A stretch of 64,000 bases of DNA, taken from the NCBI GenBank assembly GCA_043800255.1, contig JAZDNF010000017.1:27-64026 (forward strand), written 5' to 3'. The position numbers were made by a program, and so were the translations under genes. Shown here one piece after another: positions 21,123 through 30,024 of the stretch; within the stretch, counting starts at the first letter, position 1; every line of letters starts with the position of its first letter. The notes beneath the pieces are model-generated. The model was given only the letters and a program-made list of their open reading frames with translations. It was not told the origin of the DNA and made no database searches. This DNA comes from Candidatus Altiarchaeota archaeon (GTDB lineage: Archaea; Altiarchaeota; Altiarchaeia; IMC4; SCGC-AAA252-I15).

Positions 21123-22475
21123 ATGGATGATACGAAGATTTTGCTGGAAGAGGACGATATACCGAAAAAGTGGTACAACATTCAGGCTGACCTGAAAGAG
21201 CCGCTACCTCCAGTCTACAGCCCGCAGACTATGAAGCCCGCAACTCCTCAGGAGTTGTCTGTCCTGTTCCCGATGGAACTGCTGAAACAGGAGATGAGCC
21301 AGGACAGATGGATTGACATACCGCAGGATATCAGAGACGTATTGTCCATATGGAGGCCGTCACCCCTGTACAGGGCCAAAAGGCTGGAGAAGGCGCTGAA
21401 GACGAAAGCAAGAATCTATTACAAGTGGGAGGGCGTGAGCCCGCCGGGAAGCCACAAGCCGAACACAGCTGTGGCACAAGCCTACTACAACATGAAGCAG
21501 GGCACCGAGAGGATTGCAACAGAGACTGGAGCAGGCCAGTGGGGCTCCTCTCTGGCGTACGCCTGCTCACTGTTCGACATAGAATGCAAGGTCTATATGG
21601 TCAAATGCAGCTACGAGCAGAAACCTTACAGGAGGATTATGATGGAAACATGGGGCGCCAAGTGCGTGCCATCGCCGTCAAATGACACTCAAGCCGGCAG
21701 AAAGGTGCTCTCAGAGGATCCCAACAATCCGGGAAGCCTGGGTATTGCCATTTCAGAGGCTGTTGAAGACGCCGCAACCCACGACAACACCAAATATTCA
21801 CTAGGAAGCGTGTTAAGCCACGTGTGCATGCACCAGACGGTCATAGGATTGGAAGCGAAAGAGCAGCTTGCAAAGGTGGACGCCTACCCTGACATAGTCA
21901 TGGGATGCATCGGCGGAGGCAGCAACTTCGCTGGCGTCTCCTTCCCGTTCGCAGGCGACAAGCTGACCGGGAAGAAGCCGAAGACGAGGATTATAGCAGT
22001 CGAACCGAAAGCGTGCCCGACCCTGACGAAGGGAGTCTACGCCTACGATTACGGAGATTCTGTGGGACTGGGACCGATTGCGAAGATGTACACTCTAGGC
22101 CACAGTTTCATTCCGCCAAGCATACACGCCGGCGGGTTGAGATACCACGGCGACAGCATGATAGTCTCCAAACTGTACCATGACAAGGTCATAGAGGCGC
22201 AAGCCTACCACCAGATCGAATGCTTTGAGGCTGCTGAACTGTTCGCGAAGACTGAGGGATTCATCATAGCGCCTGAGACCGCTCACGTCGTCAAAGGAGT
22301 GATAGATGAGGCCAGGAAGGCGAAAGACGAAAAAGTCATACTCTTCAACTGCTCAGGCCACGGTCACTTCGACCTTGGAGCGTATGACGCATACCATCAG
22401 GGCAAGCTTATCGATTACGAGTATCCTGCCGAACTGGTGAAGCAGGCGCTGAAGAATCTGCCCAAGATAGGATAG
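21123..22475 (+). CDS. trpB2: Tryptophan synthase beta chain type 2
   Basis: GSHKPNTA (PLP lysine), [31 protein letters not shown]. Confidence 0.95.
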   Translation: MDDTKILLEEDDIPKKWYNIQADLKEPLPPVYSPQTMKPATPQELSVLFPMELLKQEMSQDRWIDIPQDIRDVLSIWRPSPLYRAKRLEKALKTKARIYYKWEGVSPPGSHKPNTAVAQAYYNMKQGTERIATETGAGQWGSSLAYACSLFDIECKVYMVKCSYEQKPYRRIMMETWGAKCVPSPSNDTQAGRKVLSEDPNNPGSLGIAISEAVEDAATHDNTKYSLGSVLSHVCMHQTVIGLEAKEQLAKVDAYPDIVMGCIGGGSNFAGVSFPFAGDKLTGKKPKTRIIAVEPKACPTLTKGVYAYDYGDSVGLGPIAKMYTLGHSFIPPSIHAGGLRYHGDSMIVSKLYHDKVIEAQAYHQIECFEAAELFAKTEGFIIAPETAHVVKGVIDEARKAKDEKVILFNCSGHGHFDLGAYDAYHQGKLIDYEYPAELVKQALKNLPKIG

Positions 22476-22476
22476 A

Positions 22477-23589
22477 TTGGAAAAAAAAGTCGGCTTCCTG
22501 GTTAACCCCATAGCAGGCTTGGGCGGGAAGGTCGGGCTGAAGGGGACTGACGGCAGAGCAGGAGATGCAGTGAGGTTGGGAGCCAAACCTGCCGCAGAAG
22601 AGAGGGCTCTAGAGTTTCTCAGAAGTTTTGACAGAGTAGGCTGTCTCTTCATAACGTGCGCAAAGCGGATGGGAGGGAACGCTTTGAAGAAGGCGGGAAT
22701 CGGACACAAGGTAGTCTACTCGTATAAGGGCGAAAGCACGGCAGATGATACCAGGAAAGCCTGCAAAATTTTAGTGGACGCAGGCTCTGACATCATAGTC
22801 TTCTGCGGAGGCGACGGCACAGCCGCGGACATATACGAGGCTGTTGGAGACACTGTGCCTGTGATGGGCATCCCTGCCGGAGTCAAAATGTACTCTTCGG
22901 TTTTCGCGGTAACCCCTGAGGCAGGCGGGAAGCTGCTCTCAGACTATCTTAGGGGAGATGCGAGACTGATTGATACTGAGATAATGGACGTGGATGAGGA
23001 AGCGTACAGGAGAGACAATCTGAAAGCGAAACTTCTGGGCCATATGAAGACGCCTTACAAGCCCTCACTGGTACAGTTGCATAAGCAGGTCTTCTCAGGG
23101 AGCGAAGAACGCTCCAAAAAGGGTATTGCAAAGTTCATCTCGCAGCTGATGCTGGACAGCTCAGCCTATATCATGGGCCCGGGGTCGACTGTCAAGGCAG
23201 TAATGCATGAGGTTGGAGTCAAGGGAACCCTGCTGGGAGTAGACGCCGTCAGAGATGGCAGACTCATCTTGAAAGACGCGAACGAGAAACAACTGCTGGA
23301 TTTCCTGAAAAAGGAAAAGAAGGTAAAGATTATCGTGAGCCCCATAGGAGCGCAGGGTTTCATATTCGGAAGGGGAAACCAGCAGATAAGCGCTGAAGTC
23401 ATAAGAAAGGTTGGGGTGGAGAACATCATAGTCGTTGCAACCCATCTGAAGCTCGAGAGCACTCCAAGATTGTACGTGGACACAGGCTCTGAAGAACTGG
23501 ATAAAAGACTCTCAGGCTACAGGCAGGTCATATGCGACTACCACATGGCAGCCAGGAAGAGAGTCCACAGCATGAGGGATTTCATATGA
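22477..23589 (+). CDS. ATP-NAD kinase family protein (COG3199-like)
   Basis: NPIAGLGGKVGLKGTDG, GGDGTA, GIPAGVKMYS, GRGNQQ. Confidence 0.88.
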   Translation: MEKKVGFLVNPIAGLGGKVGLKGTDGRAGDAVRLGAKPAAEERALEFLRSFDRVGCLFITCAKRMGGNALKKAGIGHKVVYSYKGESTADDTRKACKILVDAGSDIIVFCGGDGTAADIYEAVGDTVPVMGIPAGVKMYSSVFAVTPEAGGKLLSDYLRGDARLIDTEIMDVDEEAYRRDNLKAKLLGHMKTPYKPSLVQLHKQVFSGSEERSKKGIAKFISQLMLDSSAYIMGPGSTVKAVMHEVGVKGTLLGVDAVRDGRLILKDANEKQLLDFLKKEKKVKIIVSPIGAQGFIFGRGNQQISAEVIRKVGVENIIVVATHLKLESTPRLYVDTGSEELDKRLSGYRQVICDYHMAARKRVHSMRDFI

Positions 23590-24206
23590 ACGTCATGCTG
23601 GCTCTTCTCGGGCTGGGTTTTGTGGTCGGGCTGTCGGGGGCGATGATACCAGGCCCGCTCCTAGTCTACACTGTCAACGAATCCCTAAAGAAGGGCAGGT
23701 GGACTGGGTTGCTCGTCATACTGGGGCACATGATTGTTGAAACCATCATATTCGCGCTCATCGCCTTAGGCATTACAAAATTCATCTCCTCGCCGGTGTT
23801 CGTCAGCGCTGTAAGCATCGTCGGCGGCATCGCACTTATGGGCATGGGAGTAAAGTCGATGCTCGAACTCAAGTCCGAAATCAGATTCGACGAAAAGGAT
23901 GCAGGCCACGGACTTGTCATCGGAGGAATAATCTTCACCCTCTTCAACCCCAGCTTTCCGCTCTGGTGGGTCACGGCAGGCACCAGACTGCTCCTTGAAG
24001 GCCTCAACAGGTTCGGATTCCAGGGCATGCTGCTGGTCTTTTTGGGACACTGGGCGGCAGACATGGGATGGTTCGTGCTCGTGTCGATAACAGCATCCCA
24101 CGGAAGCAGATACCTGTTTGAGAGAAACTGGTACAGGAGAGTGAGGATGGTGCTTTCGGCGATGCTCCTGCTGATAGGAGCCTACTTCATAGCCTCAGTA
24201 TATTAG
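23586..24206 (+). CDS. LysE-family translocator
   Basis: SGAMIPGPL, GHMIVE, NPSFPLWW; about 6 TM; start MNVML overlaps upstream stop. Confidence 0.88.
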   Translation: MNVMLALLGLGFVVGLSGAMIPGPLLVYTVNESLKKGRWTGLLVILGHMIVETIIFALIALGITKFISSPVFVSAVSIVGGIALMGMGVKSMLELKSEIRFDEKDAGHGLVIGGIIFTLFNPSFPLWWVTAGTRLLLEGLNRFGFQGMLLVFLGHWAADMGWFVLVSITASHGSRYLFERNWYRRVRMVLSAMLLLIGAYFIASVY

Positions 24207-24541
24207 CCTTCCCATGGGCCGTGGAATTCCACACGCTTCAGTTCGCCGGAGGAGGGTATCTGGTCGATAACCTCAACGTTCTTTAAGGTCACCTTCTCAC
24301 CGTCTTCAAGAGTCAGCAGCAGGTCAACCGGCGTCGGATTGGGGCTGTTCAATTCGGGTATGATGGTGTTCTCCGTTACTATGCCGTCTATTGTGCCATA
24401 GCAGGAGAGCTCCCTGTCAGAATCCTTCAGGCCCAGCTTAGTGATAGTAAACGCAACCTCATCGGCAACGCCAATGTCCTCACCATGATACCTTATCCTT
24501 CCTTTCCCGAAGGATATCCGGTTACTGCCCAACTTCGCCAT
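24203..24541 (-). CDS. Hypothetical beta-rich protein (possible tail-tube-like fold)
   Basis: 112-aa ORF; alternating hydrophobic strands. Confidence 0.55.
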   Translation of the reverse strand: MAKLGSNRISFGKGRIRYHGEDIGVADEVAFTITKLGLKDSDRELSCYGTIDGIVTENTIIPELNSPNPTPVDLLLTLEDGEKVTLKNVEVIDQIPSSGELKRVEFHGPWEG

Positions 24542-24578
24542 CCTAAGTATATATTCGCCAGCTATAAAATACTAGAGT

Positions 24579-24782
24579 ATGGTAGGTGGAGGAATGCTCA
24601 AATCAGTAACCGCATTTCTGATAGGCTTAACTCTCATGATCTTAGGCATAAGACTCTCATACGGCAAGAGAGGCCTGAAAGCGGGAGTGGGAATCGCCCT
24701 CATAATAGCAGGCTTCGCAATAGCAAATGTTAGCACACTCGAAGACATAATAAGAGAACTCACCCAACCCAGAGTATTATAA
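24579..24782 (+). CDS. Small two-TM membrane protein
   Basis: 67-aa ORF with two hydrophobic segments. Confidence 0.55.
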   Translation: MVGGGMLKSVTAFLIGLTLMILGIRLSYGKRGLKAGVGIALIIAGFAIANVSTLEDIIRELTQPRVL

Positions 24783-24789
24783 CAACCCA

Positions 24790-24814
24790 TTTAACTTTTT
24801 TATTACACCAATAC
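24790..24814. repeat. Left 25-bp direct repeat flanking the Ehr cluster
   Basis: TTTAACTTTTTTATTACACCAATAC; 24/25 identical to 32212-32236. Confidence 0.7.
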
Positions 24815-24834
24815 CCTGCCCCTAGTTGGAAAAT

Positions 24835-25356
24835 TTACAGAGATTGCTTCTCTATGGCGTCAATGAGAGTTAGAAGGCCTTTCAGTATTTCCTTTGGTTT
24901 TGGAGGATTTCCTGGAATCTTGAAATCCACGGGCAGCACCCTGTCGGCGCCTCCGGCGACCGCGTATGAGTCCCTGAAAACTCCGCCGTTGCATGCGTCG
25001 TCTCCCACTGCCACGACGAATTTGGGGCGTGGCATAGCCTCATAAGTCTTCCTCGCCGCAGACTCCATGTTGAGGGTCACGGCGCCCGTGACCACGAGTA
25101 CGTCCGCATGTCGTGGGGAGGCTACGAAAGTTATTCCGAACCTTTCGATGTCGTAGTACGGTGTGGTGAGGTTGACTAGCTCTATCTCGGCGGAGTTGTC
25201 GCTGCCGGTGTCCAGTTCCCTGATTGCGAGGCTTCTGCCGAATACTTTATCGACTTTCTCCTTCAGCCTCAACCCAACCTCCTCGAACTCTCCGTCCTTG
25301 AACAGTATGTCCTCTGTCACGGCCGGTTTCAGTATGTTAGCCAGTGGATTTGCCAT
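24835..25356 (-). CDS. Ehr/hydrogenase-4 small subunit homologue (NuoB/HycG family) lacking canonical Fe-S cysteines
   Basis: YDIERFGITFVASPRHADVLVVTG family signature; GSDNSAEIE, GDDAC and PGNPP at the Cys-motif positions; GAGGTGA RBS. Confidence 0.9.
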   Translation of the reverse strand: MANPLANILKPAVTEDILFKDGEFEEVGLRLKEKVDKVFGRSLAIRELDTGSDNSAEIELVNLTTPYYDIERFGITFVASPRHADVLVVTGAVTLNMESAARKTYEAMPRPKFVVAVGDDACNGGVFRDSYAVAGGADRVLPVDFKIPGNPPKPKEILKGLLTLIDAIEKQSL

Positions 25357-25366
25357 CTCATTCACC

Positions 25367-26938
25367 TCAGAGGTCGCACCCCGCATACGACAGGTTCATG
25401 CTCTTGTTGATGAGGGGGAAGTCCGGGATTATGTTGCCCATCACCGCATGCTCTATCGCCTGCCAGTTGCAGAATGACGCAGTCCTCACTTTATACCTAT
25501 CGACGAGGCCGCCGCTTACCGAAACCCAGTGGACACTCTGGCCGCGTGGTGCCTCGACAATGGAGAGCGCATGACCGTCTTTTACATCGCACTCCGCGTT
25601 TATTTCGCCGTCTGGCATCTGCTTCAATATCTTGTGTATGATAGTTACGGAGTCGTGTATCTCCTGCGCCTTCAGGTTGAAGCGTGCCATCACGTCCCCC
25701 GTCTCGCAGACGCGGACGTGGTGAGAGAGCCTCTCGTATATGCCATACGGGTGGTCGGTTCTCGTGTCCATGCATCCGCCGGATGCTCTTGCTATGGGTC
25801 CGCTCAGGTTTAGTGGTGCGATGAGCTCTTTCCTCACGACGCCAGTCCTCTCGAACCGGTCAATGACCGACGGCGATGAGAGGATGTGTTCAGTAGCATC
25901 TTTGAACCCTTCCGTAAATCCTTCGAGGTAATGTGACAGCGCAGAGAATCGGCCGCGTTCTATGTCCTTCTGGAGTCCTCCTATGCCTATGATTCCGCGC
26001 ATAAACCTCGAGCCAGTTAGTGCGTCGTTCTGCCGTAGTATCTCCTCCCTGAGCATGAAGTAGGGGCTTGCACCTGCAGGGTATGCGACATCCACAACCA
26101 TCCCAGCCAGGTCTCCAAGGTGCGAGTATATCCGCTCCATCTCCAAAAGGAGGGTGCGCAGGTAGCAAGCCCTTGCGGGAACGGAAATGCCCGAAATCTT
26201 CTCGACACAGTTGCAGAAGCAGACCGCATTAGCCACGGTCTCGTCACCGCTTATGGACTCCGCGATGGGGAGAACATCCTCTGGCGCTCTTCCTTCAGAG
26301 AGTTTCTCGACACCCCGGTGCTTGTAGAACATCCTCACTTCGAGGTTGTATATGTTCTCGCCTATGACGCTGAAACGGAAGTGCCCCGGCTCTATTATGC
26401 CAGCGTGAACTGGCCCGACAGGTATCTGGTAAACCTCCTCCCCACTCACATCCTTGAACCTGTATTCTTCCTCAGGGGATATGTGTGTCTTCGCCCGTAT
26501 CCTCTGGTTCCTAAACGACTTGAGCAGCGGGTGGAACCCATCTGGATACGCCTCATGGAGGAAAAGCCTCCTCTCCTCGAATGCGCCTTCGAACTCTATG
26601 CCGAATCCGTCGCGTATCTCCCGCTCGTACCAGCAGGCAGTCGGGTAAGACTCTTCGATCGAAGTCGCCTTTGCATCGTCTAGTTGCCTCTCAATCACCA
26701 GGATTTCCCGCTCACCCCGTTTTTCAAATGCGTAGAGGAGGGTGAAACCCTTCCTGTCGTTGAAGCATTCCACGCAGAACAGGCTTATTAGATTGTAACC
26801 TGCATTGGAGAGCGAGGGTATTACGTCATGAAAGCCTTCCTCGCTGACTGTTGCATATACCTCGTTGTTGCATCCCAGTCTAATGCTGCATTTTTTGCCG
26901 CCGCACAGCCCAGTGAACTCATCAGATAGTCCGCTCAT
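25367..26938 (-). CDS. Ehr large subunit (NuoC/NuoD-fused, HycE-like) without NiFe-binding motifs
   Basis: WYEREIRDGFG, VGPVHAGIIEPGHFRF, EAPRG, DFPLINKSMNLSYAGCDL; start MSGLS overlaps upstream stop. Confidence 0.92.
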   Translation of the reverse strand: MSGLSDEFTGLCGGKKCSIRLGCNNEVYATVSEEGFHDVIPSLSNAGYNLISLFCVECFNDRKGFTLLYAFEKRGEREILVIERQLDDAKATSIEESYPTACWYEREIRDGFGIEFEGAFEERRLFLHEAYPDGFHPLLKSFRNQRIRAKTHISPEEEYRFKDVSGEEVYQIPVGPVHAGIIEPGHFRFSVIGENIYNLEVRMFYKHRGVEKLSEGRAPEDVLPIAESISGDETVANAVCFCNCVEKISGISVPARACYLRTLLLEMERIYSHLGDLAGMVVDVAYPAGASPYFMLREEILRQNDALTGSRFMRGIIGIGGLQKDIERGRFSALSHYLEGFTEGFKDATEHILSSPSVIDRFERTGVVRKELIAPLNLSGPIARASGGCMDTRTDHPYGIYERLSHHVRVCETGDVMARFNLKAQEIHDSVTIIHKILKQMPDGEINAECDVKDGHALSIVEAPRGQSVHWVSVSGGLVDRYKVRTASFCNWQAIEHAVMGNIIPDFPLINKSMNLSYAGCDL

Positions 26939-28404
26939 ATTCCCAGCCTCAACTCGTGTATTATCGCATTTAGCGTCAAATCCAATCTCTGCGGGAAGAA
27001 CAATCCGATGGCGGTGATGGCCAGTATTAGCACCACAATGGGGATCTTCATGTCCCAACCGGGTTCATACGCCCTCATGTGCGCCGCCTCCCCGTGAGCG
27101 CCGACGCGCGAGAACAGGGTTACAAGGTACGATGCCATCGCAGCAGAAGCCACAAGTAGCAGGAGGAGTACGCTGAACATCAGCATCGCGGACAAGCCAC
27201 CGACCTGAAGTAGTATGAATATCTTGGAGGTGAAGATGGGGAATGGCGGCATACCCACTATCGCCATACCACCGATTATAAGCCCGGCAGACGCCATCGG
27301 CTGCAGCCGCAGCACGTCCTTCATGTTCTCGGCCTTGTTGCTGTGGTACTGCCTGTGGAGTATCCCAGACGACAGGAACAGGAGGGTCTTGATTAGCGAG
27401 TGCGCGAGCACGTGGTATAGTACCCAGAATATCGCAGCCGGTGTGCCGACACCGATACCTATCAATGCGATGCCCATGTGCTCGATGCTGGAGAACGCTA
27501 TCATCTTCTTCAGGTTCTTCTGCTTCAGCATCGTGAACGCTGCAATACCAACGCTTAAGATGCCAAACGCTATGAGCATGTGAGACGCCTCTGCCGCAGC
27601 CTGTGTTCTCGCAGCAATCGCCTGCATCCGTATTATTCCATAAACTCCAACATTCAGGAGGACTCCGGAGAGAATCGCGCTGACCGCAGATGGCGCCTTT
27701 GCATGGGCATGAGGTAGCCATGTATGGAATGGGACGATACCGGATTTTGCCGCAAATCCGATGAACACCAGCATGAACGTCGTCATAAACAGATTTGGCT
27801 TGAATTTAGGCGCGTTCTCAAGGAGGACTGTCCAGTTGAGGGTCCCAGCGCCTAGGATCTGCTGGGAGAGCGCGAAGAGGAGTACAAGGCCGATGAACGT
27901 GAAAAGCATCGAAACCGACGTGACGAAGATGTACCTCAGCGATGCTTCCATGTTCTTCTTGGTGCTCAGGATGGCTATCAGTATCGCGGAGAAGAATGTC
28001 GTCAGCTCGGCGAATATCCAGAAGAGGGCGAGGTTGTCAGCGAAGAACGACAATACCGTCACCGCAAGGAGGACATTGAAAGAGAGGTAGAAGAACAGTA
28101 GGTACTCCCTCTTCAGCTCCCCGTCGTTTATAAGACTCTCAACGTAACCACCCGCATAGATGGCAGCCATTAGGAACACGGCTGCGGTAATGGCTATTTC
28201 GTAGACTCCGAGGTGGTCTATGAAGAAGTAGCCCCCAACAGGATACTCCACCGGAAGGCTCGCCAATGAGAGCATATAGACGGCCAACCCCAGGTAGGCT
28301 GTTGCATGAAGGATAGAGACCGTCTGCATCCTCCGGTGGGAACCTGCGATGAGCAGGAGCATGAATGCCACCAAAGCCGTGACAACGAAAGCGATGAGCG
28401 CCAT
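26935..28404 (-). CDS. Hydrogenase-4 component F-like antiporter subunit (NuoL/M/N family)
   Basis: ELTT, KSGIVPFHTWLPHAHAKAP, AFSSIEHMG, HSLIK. Confidence 0.9.
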   Translation of the reverse strand: MALIAFVVTALVAFMLLLIAGSHRRMQTVSILHATAYLGLAVYMLSLASLPVEYPVGGYFFIDHLGVYEIAITAAVFLMAAIYAGGYVESLINDGELKREYLLFFYLSFNVLLAVTVLSFFADNLALFWIFAELTTFFSAILIAILSTKKNMEASLRYIFVTSVSMLFTFIGLVLLFALSQQILGAGTLNWTVLLENAPKFKPNLFMTTFMLVFIGFAAKSGIVPFHTWLPHAHAKAPSAVSAILSGVLLNVGVYGIIRMQAIAARTQAAAEASHMLIAFGILSVGIAAFTMLKQKNLKKMIAFSSIEHMGIALIGIGVGTPAAIFWVLYHVLAHSLIKTLLFLSSGILHRQYHSNKAENMKDVLRLQPMASAGLIIGGMAIVGMPPFPIFTSKIFILLQVGGLSAMLMFSVLLLLLVASAAMASYLVTLFSRVGAHGEAAHMRAYEPGWDMKIPIVVLILAITAIGLFFPQRLDLTLNAIIHELRLGI

Positions 28405-28405
28405 G

Positions 28406-29086
28406 TCAGTCCTCCTCCCTCTTGACATGCAATCGGGCAAGCCTGTTCTGGAATTCCTCTATACTCCCATCTATCCCAGTGGACAGTATCGTGGCAATAA
28501 GCACCAATATTATGAGATCCACTATTATCAGCACCTCTATGATGAACGGCAGCTCGGTCATGAAGATTCCGAACAAAAGCACCCCGTTCTCCATCGTGAG
28601 GTAACCGATAACTTTGGTTATGACCTTTCTGCGGGTCAGTATCACGAGCATCCCCATCAAAGCCAACGATATCCCGAAAACGGAACCCATGTAGGTGAGG
28701 CCGCTGAGCGAAAGCTCACGCAGGAACCCAGAGAACGAGTAGTAGACCAGCAGTATCATCGCTATTGTGGCCAGCATGGAGCCAGACGGGGAGAGGTAGG
28801 CGAACTCAAGGTCGCGGCGTATGTTCATCCTCTTCTGCACACTCTTCACGGCGTACGGTATGACGACGACCTTGCTCATAAAAGTCAGGGCCGCAAGGTA
28901 GATGAGGACATCGCTCGCGTGAACGCCATACAAGACCAGTGCAAGGACTGTCAAAAGGATAGATTGGATACGATAGGTCAAAACGAGCGACAGTAGGTCC
29001 CTCCTTGTGACTATGAATGCTCCGGTTATCAGCACAAGCGCAAGGAGCGCTTTGATCAAACCCGCCAAGAACAGCGTGTCAATCAC
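28406..29086 (-). CDS. Hydrogenase-4 component E-like membrane subunit
   Basis: YRIQS, KVVVIP, IGYLTMENG motifs; operon context. Confidence 0.88.
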   Translation of the reverse strand: MIDTLFLAGLIKALLALVLITGAFIVTRRDLLSLVLTYRIQSILLTVLALVLYGVHASDVLIYLAALTFMSKVVVIPYAVKSVQKRMNIRRDLEFAYLSPSGSMLATIAMILLVYYSFSGFLRELSLSGLTYMGSVFGISLALMGMLVILTRRKVITKVIGYLTMENGVLLFGIFMTELPFIIEVLIIVDLIILVLIATILSTGIDGSIEEFQNRLARLHVKREED

Positions 29087-30024
29087 CTAAACACCTCCAA
29101 AAGCAGGGTAATCGCTGAGAGGAAGAACGCAATCATGAACATGTTAGGCAGGTTGAACAGCCTCATCTTTGCTATCGATGACTCGAACAAACCGATGACA
29201 ACTGCAAGGAACACGGCCTTCACGAAGAACGCCACCAAACCGACAACAACAGCCGATAACACCATCTGAGTCGCAACACCCCAGGGTATGAGGACGTTAA
29301 TGAGTAGCCCCATCAGGAGCGTCTGCTTGATCGCCGCGGAAAGCTCCATCAAGGCGAGGTCACGGCCGCTGTACTCCAAGAGCATGGCCTCATGCACCAT
29401 CGTCAGCTCCAGATGTGTCTCTGGGTTGTCGACTGGAATCCTCGCTGTCTCGACTATGAGAACGATGAAGAGGGGTAGGGCTATGAGCACCAGCGCTGGA
29501 TCTGGGATGAATGCCGAGCCAGCGGCCTGCCTGAACATTTCATGGAAGTTGAGGGTCTTGAAGGTATAGAAGAGCGCAGCGAACACCACGACTGTGATGG
29601 GCTCTATCACAGAGGATATGCTCATCTCCCTAGAGCTTCCCATGCCACCGAATGTGCTTCCCGCATCCAAGCCGGCGAGCGCCATGAAGAATCTTGCAAG
29701 CGCCAGAAGGTAAAGGAACAATATGACGTTCCCTACATCCAACGCCGGGTTAGGTATGAATGCCAATGGGATGCACAATGCGGCAGTCACCATGACGGCC
29801 ATATTCACATACGGCGTCACCCGCATAATCTGCGACGAATTCGATGAGTAGACAGTCTCCTTCATCATCAGCTTCGCAAGGTTATAGTAGGACTGCAAAA
29901 GCGGCGGACCCCTTCTCCTCTGCACCGCAGCCTTCACCTTCTTGATGATGCCAGTGAACAGCGGGGATATCACGAGTGCGAACGCGACATTCACGAACCC
30001 GAAAACCACATATTCGGTGTTCAT
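29083..30024 (-). CDS. Hydrogenase-4 component C / NuoH-like membrane subunit
   Basis: QRRRGPPLLQ, FGGMGSSRE, RIPVDNPETHLELTMVHEAM. Confidence 0.9.
   Translation of the reverse strand: MNTEYVVFGFVNVAFALVISPLFTGIIKKVKAAVQRRRGPPLLQSYYNLAKLMMKETVYSSNSSQIMRVTPYVNMAVMVTAALCIPLAFIPNPALDVGNVILFLYLLALARFFMALAGLDAGSTFGGMGSSREMSISSVIEPITVVVFAALFYTFKTLNFHEMFRQAAGSAFIPDPALVLIALPLFIVLIVETARIPVDNPETHLELTMVHEAMLLEYSGRDLALMELSAAIKQTLLMGLLINVLIPWGVATQMVLSAVVVGLVAFFVKAVFLAVVIGLFESSIAKMRLFNLPNMFMIAFFLSAITLLLEVFR

Noticed and set aside
24835-26938. Functional group 4 [NiFe] hydrogenase, or selenocysteine recoding at the missing Cys sites
   Set aside because: Both NiFe CxxC motifs are absent, and the substituted codons are sense codons (GAC, GCC, GAC, AAT), not TGA.
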